Position numbers and translations under genes: made by a program. Shown here in pieces: positions 1 through 4,788 of a stretch of DNA of 8,399 nucleotides. The stretch comes from Candidatus Bathyarchaeota archaeon RBG_16_48_13. Its GTDB lineage: Archaea; Thermoproteota; Bathyarchaeia; RBG-16-48-13. The first letter of the stretch is position 1; each line of letters opens with the position of its first letter. Where the stretch lies: positions 9,786 to 18,184 of the forward strand of contig MEZH01000015.1 of NCBI GenBank assembly GCA_001775995.1. The letters run 5' to 3'. The notes beneath the pieces are model-generated. The model did no database searches. It had not been told where the DNA came from and saw only the letters and a list, made by a program, of their open reading frames with translations.

Positions 1-813
1 AATGCCGATGTTAGCGAGAAGGAGCGCATTGAGGTTATTGTGAAGCAATATGATATCGACACTATCTACCACCTAGTGGCTCTCATGTCGGCCACGGGAG
101 AACAGAACCCCCAGCTCGCTTGGAAGTTGAACATGGGTAGCCTACACAATATACTCGAGATTGCCAGAGAGCAAGAGTTGACAAGGCTATTCTGGCCTAG
201 CTCAATAGGTGTTTTCGGTCCAAGTACACCTCGCACCGAAACCCCTCAGGAAACGATTCTTCTCCCGACGACGATTTACGGCGTGACGAAGGTTGCTGGA
301 GAGCTGCTCTGCAATTATTACTTTCATAAGTACGGCGTTGACGTTCGAAGCATCAGATTCCCAGGGATAATAAGCAGCGAGACTCCTCCCGGTGGTGGAA
401 CGACCGATTACGCCGTGGAGATATTCTATGAAGCGCTAAAGAGAAAGCGATACACCTGCTTTCTGGATAAGGATACGGTCCTGCCATTCCTATACATGCC
501 CGATTGCATCAAGGCCACAATTGACCTTATGAAGACTCCCCTTTCACAAATCAAACGTCACGACGGCTACAACGTTACAGGAACCAGCTTCTCGCCAGAG
601 GAACTTGCCTCGGAGATCATGAAACACATACCCGAATTCAGATGGAATTATCGTCCTGATTTCAGACAGAAGATCGCAGATTCATGGCCCATGTCAATTG
701 ACGATTCTCAATCGCGTCAAGAATGGGGCTGGAAACCAGACTACGATCTCCCTTCAATGACTCAGGACATGTTGGAGAGACTCTCCAGAAGATTTGCTGA
801 AGGCAAGCTCTAG
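1..813 (+). CDS. tdh: L-threonine 3-dehydrogenase, SDR / UDP-glucose-4-epimerase-like type (5'-truncated by the window edge)
   Basis: Frame 1 is open from nt 1 (NADVSEKERIEVIVKQYDIDTIYHL...), so the M at nt 40 is internal and the N-terminal Rossmann GxxGxxG lies outside the window. SDR catalytic YxxxK is present as Y-GVT-K (Tyr codon 277-279, Lys codon 289-291). Long stretches match my recollection of short-chain TDHs (Thermoplasma volcanium / Flavobacterium frigidimaris type): FWPSSIGVFGP, YGVDVRSIRFPGIIS, PPGGGTTDYAVEIFY, FRQKIADSWPMSIDDS. It ends at TAG 811-813, directly upstream of kbl. Confidence 0.9.
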   Translation, partial: NADVSEKERIEVIVKQYDIDTIYHLVALMSATGEQNPQLAWKLNMGSLHNILEIAREQELTRLFWPSSIGVFGPSTPRTETPQETILLPTTIYGVTKVAGELLCNYYFHKYGVDVRSIRFPGIISSETPPGGGTTDYAVEIFYEALKRKRYTCFLDKDTVLPFLYMPDCIKATIDLMKTPLSQIKRHDGYNVTGTSFSPEELASEIMKHIPEFRWNYRPDFRQKIADSWPMSIDDSQSRQEWGWKPDYDLPSMTQDMLERLSRRFAEGKL

Positions 814-882
814 TTCAACCCGGCCTGCGTGAAAGAGTTAAGAAACCGCGTTGGGTTAGATTCATGGCAGGTGTGGCTAAGA

Positions 883-2076
883 ATGAGAAATCCCGTTTCC
901 TTTCTGCGAGCTGAATACGAAGCACTAGTTCAGAGTGAGCTGGACTGGAAAATCCGAGTGCTTGATGGACCAAGTTCACCTTGGTGCATAGTTGACGGAA
1001 GAAAAGTCATGATGCTGTGTTCAAACAACTACCTCAGCCTAAGCAACCACCCGAGGCTTATTGAAGCCGCAATATCGGCTGTCCAAACCCACGGGGCTGG
1101 CTCCGGTTCTGTTCGCCCTATCGCAGGCACAATGGACTTGCACGTTGAGTTGGAGAAACGCCTCGCGAGGTTCAAAGGGGCGGAAGCCTCGCTCGTATAT
1201 CAGACGGGCTTCGCAGCCAACGCAGGGCTTATTCCTCAGCTCGTTGGGAAGGAGGACCTCATCGTCAGCGACGAGCTCAATCACGGAAGCATCATAGATG
1301 GTGTGCGACTTTCACGCGCCGACAGGACCGTATACAAGCATGCAGATGCGCAGGATTTAGATAGGGTACTGAGGGAAGCGGAGAACCATGATCCATCCTA
1401 CAGGCGAGTCTTGGTGATTACTGACGGTGTCTTCTCGATGGACGGAGACATAGCCCCCCTCGACGAGATAGCAAAGCTGGGAGCTGAACATGGATGCATG
1501 GTTTACGTTGACGACGCTCATGGCGAGGGCGTGCTAGGGGAAGGAGGAAGGGGCATAGTGTCGCACTTCCGACTGCAGCGCGATGTCGTGCAAGTTGAAA
1601 TGGGTACCTTCTCAAAGGCCTTCGGAGTGGTCGGCGGCCACATTTCAGGCTCCAAAGACCTTACTGACTTCGCCCTCAACAAGTCACGAACATGGCTCTT
1701 AAGCGGTTCTCACCCACCCGCGGTCGCCGCTGCATGCATAGCAGCGATAGACGTATTGGAGAATGAGCCGCAACACGTGCAGAAGTTGTGGGACAACACC
1801 AGGTACTTCAAAAAGGCAATGGTTGATCTGGGTTTCGATATTGGGAGGAGCGAGACCCCTATCACGCCGATAATCGTTGGCGAAAGTGGGGCGGCCAAGA
1901 GATTGAGCGCAAGACTATTCGAAGAGAGCGTGTTCGCCCTTCCAATAGTCTTTCCAATGGTCGCCAAGGACAAAGCGAGAATACGAACCATAATGAACTC
2001 TGCTCTGACAAAGAAGGACTTGGACTTTGCCCTAAGTGCCTTCGAGAAGATTGGAAAAGAATTGCGAATAATCTAG
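883..2076 (+). CDS. kbl: 2-amino-3-ketobutyrate CoA ligase / glycine C-acetyltransferase (PLP-dependent alpha-oxoamine synthase family)
   Basis: Family motifs: CSNNYLSLSNHP, VSDELNHGSIIDGVRLS, ITDGVFSMDGDIAPL, VDDAHGEG. The PLP-lysine sits in GTFSKAFG (Lys codon 1615-1617). The ORF is open from GTG 829. I prefer ATG 883 because AGGTG (869-873) lies 9 nt upstream, and because the distance from that Met to NNYLSL (~48 aa) matches E. coli Kbl as I recall it. The start is therefore uncertain (829 vs 883). Stop is TAG 2074-2076. Confidence 0.9.
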   Translation: MRNPVSFLRAEYEALVQSELDWKIRVLDGPSSPWCIVDGRKVMMLCSNNYLSLSNHPRLIEAAISAVQTHGAGSGSVRPIAGTMDLHVELEKRLARFKGAEASLVYQTGFAANAGLIPQLVGKEDLIVSDELNHGSIIDGVRLSRADRTVYKHADAQDLDRVLREAENHDPSYRRVLVITDGVFSMDGDIAPLDEIAKLGAEHGCMVYVDDAHGEGVLGEGGRGIVSHFRLQRDVVQVEMGTFSKAFGVVGGHISGSKDLTDFALNKSRTWLLSGSHPPAVAAACIAAIDVLENEPQHVQKLWDNTRYFKKAMVDLGFDIGRSETPITPIIVGESGAAKRLSARLFEESVFALPIVFPMVAKDKARIRTIMNSALTKKDLDFALSAFEKIGKELRII

Positions 2077-2107
2077 ACATGCCCATCTTGATTTGGAGTG
2101 AATCCGC

Positions 2108-2803
2108 GTGACGACCGCAAAGGGAATCGCAAGAAGAACGGGAGTGAAAAAGGGCTTGATAAAGGTGAGCAAGAACGGCCCCTACCTCATTTCGGGCGGT
2201 ATTCCGCTTGTAGAGCAGATAATCAACATTGATGCTGAAGGATACCCGCGTGGTTGGCGCCCGGGAATAAAATATCCAAAAAAGGAAGCATACTCCCTCT
2301 GCAGATGCGGTCGATCCAAAGGCAAGCCATTTTGCGACGGAACACACACAGGATCTAATTTCAGGGGCTCAGAGACAGCAAGGCGGGAGCCGTACCTAGA
2401 ACAGGCCGAAAGAATTGATGGCCCCACATTGACGCTTACCGACGTTCCGGATCTATGCGCCGTTGCGGGCTTCTGCGAACGAGCGGGCGGCATTTGGGAT
2501 CTCACCAGGCAATCTCGGAAGCCAACGGCCAGAAAATACGCCATAGAAGAAGCATGGGACTGTCCTTCGGGGCGCTTGGTGGTTTGGGAGAGGGAGACTG
2601 GGAAAATCATTGAGCCAAAGTTCGAACGATCCATAGGTGTGACCCGGGATCCTCGCAATGGCAAGCTCGGCCCAATATGGGCGCGCGGCGGCATTCCGAT
2701 CGAATCCGCCGACGGCGTCATCTATGAGATCCGGAACCGCGTCACTCTGTGCAGCTGCGGAAGATCCAGGAATAAACCCTTCTGCGACGGCAGCCATCCA
2801 TAG
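2108..2803 (+). CDS. CDGSH iron-sulfur domain protein: two CDGSH [2Fe-2S] motifs flanking a 'divergent 4Fe-4S mono-cluster' (Fer4_19/YjdI-like) middle domain
   Basis: There are two exact matches to C-X-C-X2-(S/T)-X3-P-X-C-D-G-(S/A/T)-H: CRCGRSKGKPFCDGTH (nt 2300-2347) and CSCGRSRNKPFCDGSH (nt 2750-2797). Each is preceded by an NGP/GP..GGIP beta-cap-like segment. The middle region (about nt 2414-2587) has LCAVAGFC ... CPSGRL, resembling the CxHxxxC...CPSGAL pattern of the YjdI/Fer4_19 family. The GTG start at 2108 has GGAGTG (2095-2100) about 7 nt upstream. Stop is TAG 2801-2803. Confidence 0.85.
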   Translation: MTTAKGIARRTGVKKGLIKVSKNGPYLISGGIPLVEQIINIDAEGYPRGWRPGIKYPKKEAYSLCRCGRSKGKPFCDGTHTGSNFRGSETARREPYLEQAERIDGPTLTLTDVPDLCAVAGFCERAGGIWDLTRQSRKPTARKYAIEEAWDCPSGRLVVWERETGKIIEPKFERSIGVTRDPRNGKLGPIWARGGIPIESADGVIYEIRNRVTLCSCGRSRNKPFCDGSHP

Positions 2804-2901
2804 AGTCGAGAATGGCCTTTTCGTCTAAGGAAACTGAAACTCGGAAATTTGGGGGGCAATTTCGATCATGGAATTCCCCTGAATCTGCACGGTGAAGGTG
2901 A

Positions 2902-3588
2902 ATGCCAGCCCTGAAGGACGTCCTGGACATTTACATGAAGAAAGTCCAGGGAATCCAAGAGGTTTGTGACAGATGCCTCAAAACCGAGAGATGGGGCGGA
3001 AGCGTTGTTTTGATGGTGGTCGATGCGGCTTTCACCTCTATCGGCCTAAACTATTTCACTGCTGTCGTTCCAAAAGTTGAGGAGTTCAGCCGAAGATTCG
3101 CCGAGACCGGAGAGATGTCTAAACTGGAAGACCTTGCGAAAGCGGACATGGAGGAAATGAAAGCAATTTGGAGGAACGAGAGGTCATGGATGGTGGCAAA
3201 GAGTGTGGCTGCCTATCTCTCAACTCATGGTGATGACCGGTTAGCCTTCAGAGCTTGGGCTGAGCAAGCCAATCTCGAGAAATGGAGGAAAGATCCGATA
3301 GGAATGATCAAGGGCGTCGGAGTGGTGACCTTTCAGTATTTGAGAATGATGGGAGGAGTCGACACAGTGATGCCTGACAAGATAGTGAAGAGGGTGATAA
3401 ACACAATTCTGGAGGAATCCGGGCACCCGTCAGTGAACGACGACATAGACTTTGTCAAGAAAACAGAATGGATTGCACACGAGTGCGGGTACAAACCCAT
3501 AGAACTGTGCTGGATGACTTGGCTCATTCAGCCCGAAGGAAAGATGATGAGGATGAAGAAATATTCAAAAAAAATTTCGAAGATCTGA
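2902..3588 (+). CDS. Hypothetical protein with a helix-hairpin-helix + Gly/Pro...Asp signature (putative divergent HhH-GPD superfamily DNA glycosylase-like protein). The function is unproven.
   Basis: This is a 228-aa ORF with ATG 2902 preceded by GGTGAAGGTGA (2891-2901). The HhH motif IGMIKGVGVVTFQYLRMM is followed by GGVDTVMPDKIVKRV (nt 3298-3396; Asp159 codon 3376-3378). This lines up with EndoIII LPGVGRKTANVVL..G.P.IAVDTHIFRV and with M. jannaschii Ogg2 [32 protein letters not shown], both recalled from memory. The upstream helices (VVLMVVDAAFTSIGLNYF..., MSKLEDLAKADMEEMKAIW) and the C-terminal PIELCWMTWLI also parallel the HhH-GPD layout. That the ORF is a real gene I put at ~0.8; the glycosylase-fold assignment at ~0.45. 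Confidence 0.6.
   Translation: MPALKDVLDIYMKKVQGIQEVCDRCLKTERWGGSVVLMVVDAAFTSIGLNYFTAVVPKVEEFSRRFAETGEMSKLEDLAKADMEEMKAIWRNERSWMVAKSVAAYLSTHGDDRLAFRAWAEQANLEKWRKDPIGMIKGVGVVTFQYLRMMGGVDTVMPDKIVKRVINTILEESGHPSVNDDIDFVKKTEWIAHECGYKPIELCWMTWLIQPEGKMMRMKKYSKKISKI
3567..3574 (-). terminator. Possible oligo-T (T8 on the minus strand) termination signal for the isf transcript, embedded in the 3' end of the convergent + strand ORF
   Basis: The + strand reads A8 at 3567-3574, which is T8 on the minus strand. It lies about 78 nt downstream of the isf stop codon. Archaeal termination typically uses oligo-T tracts. This is purely sequence-based and unverified. Confidence 0.25.
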
Positions 3589-3631
3589 GATACAGATCCG
3601 ATTTGGTGCAAGATACTTCAAGGAATCGAAA

Positions 3632-3651
3632 GCCGCTGAATCAGAGCCGGC
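3632..3651. terminator. Small imperfect GC-rich hairpin between the convergent genes, abutting the isf stop codon
   Basis: The sequence is GCCGctgaatcagagcCGGC: a GCCG/CGGC outer stem plus 2 further pairs after a bulge. On the minus strand it is followed by TTT. It sits in the 63-nt gap between stop 3588 (+) and stop 3652 (-). The structure is weak. Confidence 0.2.
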
Positions 3652-4224
3652 CTAGGGTTCTTTGATCTTGTTTATGAGCCATACAATCTTCTTGCCGAAA
3701 TTCCTCGCTGTTCTCAACCCTTCCTCGTCCTTCTCAACCTCTCCTTTTTCCCTGCCGAAGGCAATATTCCAATAAGTCGATCCTGGAACTATCATCCCTT
3801 GATGTAGGAAGAAGAACAGCAATTGTGCGAAGGTGAAGTTCTGGCCCGCCCTCCTCGCCACTACTAGCGGACCACCTACCTTGTCCTCGAAGACGCGACC
3901 CTTGGCTCCTGAAAGATAACCAACTCGGTGCACGAGCGCCATCATCTCGGGGGTCGCCGATCCGAAATATACGGGTGAGGCTAGAACAATTCCATCTGCT
4001 TCCATCATCTTCTCAAAGATTGGCCCAACATCGTCCCGGATCTTGCATTCTTTCGTCTCTTTGCACGTAAGACAACCATCGCAGGGGGTTATACTCTTCC
4101 CCGCGAGCCTCACTAACTCGGTGCTGGCGCCACCTTCTTCAGCTGCTCTCAAGGTCTCCTTCAGGAGACGCTCTGTGTTGCCATCAATTCTTGGGCTCCC
4201 GACGATCCCTAATACGTGAATCAC
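3652..4224 (-). CDS. isf: Iron-sulfur flavoprotein (Isf) / NADPH-dependent FMN reductase-fold flavoprotein with a compact 4-Cys [4Fe-4S] motif
   Basis: LGIVGSPRIDGNTERLL is the flavodoxin-like FMN_red N-terminus, and DGIVLASPVYFGSATPEMMAL is the second FMN-binding segment. The compact motif C-DG-C-LT-C-KETKE-C (CX2CX2CX5C, nt 4045-4083) matches the Isf signature CX2CX2CX4-7C described for Methanosarcina thermophila Isf. The ORF is open to TTG 4275. I prefer GTG 4224 because it gives MIHVLGIVGSPR, comparable to MKITGISGSPR of M. thermophila Isf, and because GGAGTG (complement of 4231-4236) lies 6 nt upstream. Stop is TAG (complement of 3652-3654). Confidence 0.85.
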   Translation of the reverse strand: MIHVLGIVGSPRIDGNTERLLKETLRAAEEGGASTELVRLAGKSITPCDGCLTCKETKECKIRDDVGPIFEKMMEADGIVLASPVYFGSATPEMMALVHRVGYLSGAKGRVFEDKVGGPLVVARRAGQNFTFAQLLFFFLHQGMIVPGSTYWNIAFGREKGEVEKDEEGLRTARNFGKKIVWLINKIKEP

Positions 4225-4280
4225 TCCAAACACTCCATTTCTTTTTTCTTGCACAAGTAGAGGATTGATGAGCAAGACCT

Positions 4281-4292
4281 TTTAGATAACCA
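4281..4292. promoter_or_regulatory. AT-rich quasi-symmetric TATA-like element in the isf / zinc-ribbon-gene divergent intergenic region
   Basis: TTTTAGATAACC (4281-4292) is the main AT-rich block between the divergent starts at 4224 (-) and 4333 (+); AATATT at 4299-4304 is a second, shorter one. It is about 26 nt from plausible TSSs on either strand (~4311 for +, ~4260 for -), and both would leave short SD-containing leaders. This is inference only. Confidence 0.3.
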
Positions 4293-4332
4293 CATCGCAA
4301 TATTGAGGGTTGTGAAAATGGAGGTCCAAACA

Positions 4333-4650
4333 ATGGCCTATTGCGTCAAATGTGGAGCGGCCTTAAAGGAAGGCGACAAATTCTGCCCGGTATGCGGATC
4401 CCCGGCCGCCAAGGTGACCAGAGAGGAATTCTCCGTGTCCTCAGACTCCCTCATTGAAAGGGTCAAACACATTCTTCATGAAGGAAACGTAACTCGGCTG
4501 ATCGTAATGGATGATAAGGGAAAGACTCTGCTAGAGATACCTGCTACGGTCGGAGTTGTCGGAGTCGTCTTGGCTCCATGGCTGGCAGCTCTGGGTGTGA
4601 TAGCAGCCTTGGTGACAAATTGTCGCATGGTGGTCGAGAGGAGAGAATAG
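4333..4650 (+). CDS. Small zinc-ribbon + DUF4342-like protein
   Basis: The N-terminal zinc ribbon CVKCG-x10-CPVCG spans nt 4342-4398. The C-terminal part, EEFSVSSDSLIERVKHILHEGNVTRLIVMDDKGKTLLEIPATVGVVGVVLAPWLAALGVIAALVTNCRMVVERRE, matches the DUF4342 pattern as I recall it (..L.EKVKELIHEGNVRRI.I.d..GKt.LEIPltvGvvGavLAP.lAa.GaiAAl.t.c...VER). ATG 4333 has GGAGG (4320-4324) 8 nt upstream. Alternative starts are ATG 4318 and TTG 4303. Stop is TAG 4648-4650. Confidence 0.75.
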   Translation: MAYCVKCGAALKEGDKFCPVCGSPAAKVTREEFSVSSDSLIERVKHILHEGNVTRLIVMDDKGKTLLEIPATVGVVGVVLAPWLAALGVIAALVTNCRMVVERRE

Positions 4651-4677
4651 AATCAGAGTTCATCTGAAGAATGCCCC

Positions 4678-4690
4678 TTTTTTTCTTCTT
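4678..4690 (+). terminator. Oligo-T tract (T7 then CTTCTT), a likely archaeal-type terminator for the upstream gene
   Basis: CCCCTTTTTTTCTTCTT starts 28 nt after the stop at 4650. It is preceded by a weak 5-bp hairpin, TCAGA-gttca-TCTGA (4653-4667). Confidence 0.4.
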
Positions 4691-4747
4691 CCATTGCGCG
4701 ACATGACCTGATTTAAGGGCTGACCGTCTCCTGAGTTTTCCTTTCTC

Positions 4748-4766
4748 GCTGAAACATCTTATATTC
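4748..4766 (+). promoter_or_regulatory. Putative archaeal BRE/TATA box for the permease gene, implying a leaderless or near-leaderless mRNA
   Basis: CTTATATTC (4758-4766) is preceded by purine-rich GCTGAAACAT. The TATA centre is about 27 nt upstream of ATG 4789, and no Shine-Dalgarno motif lies between them. Confidence 0.4.
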
Positions 4767-4788
4767 ATGCCTTTTCAAGAAGCAGATT

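Noticed and set aside
829-882. GTG 829 could be the kbl start, as given in the ORF track.
   Set aside because: This is not excluded, but it lacks an SD. It would also add 18 N-terminal residues absent from Kbl homologues as I recall them, so ATG 883 is preferred.
811-885. tdh and the kbl ORF are in the same reading frame and are separated by a single TAG (811-813). Frame 1 then stays open through GTG 829 to ATG 883, so UAG read-through or Pyl insertion could yield a TDH-KBL fusion.
   Set aside because: In-frame placement has a 1-in-3 chance, and 23 stop-free codons is unremarkable. TAG is the predominant genuine stop in this window (6/8 genes). An SD-like AGGTG precedes ATG 883, supporting independent initiation. 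No PYLIS-like evidence can be assessed by eye.
1039-2797. Several long antisense or overlapping ORFs lie inside kbl and the CDGSH gene: 1039-1284(-), 1061-1297(+), 1418-1615(-), 1710-1991(-), 1862-2347(-, 161 aa), 2182-2721(-, 179 aa) and 2453-2797(-, 114 aa).
   Set aside because: Their translations are low-complexity, rich in Arg/Ser/Pro/Ala, and carry no recognisable motifs. They are fully embedded in ORFs that carry unambiguous family signatures. These are typical shadow ORFs.
2829-2848. Short direct repeats GGAAACT-GAAACT-cG-GAAAT, and an 8-bp palindrome GGAATTCC (2869-2876), lie upstream of the HhH-like ORF. They could be an operator.
   Set aside because: They are too short and degenerate to distinguish from chance, and no second copy exists elsewhere in the window.
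3241-3665. Small ORFs 3241-3426(-), 3333-3527(-) and 3468-3665(+) overlap the 3' half of the HhH-like gene.
   Set aside because: They are short and motif-free, and they overlap the frame that carries the HhH/Asp signature and an SD-preceded ATG.
4544-4768. A 74-aa minus-strand ORF spans the end of the DUF4342 gene and the downstream spacer.
   Set aside because: It overlaps the conserved DUF4342 core on the other strand and crosses the oligo-T terminator-like tract. Its composition is basic and low-complexity with no recognisable domain.
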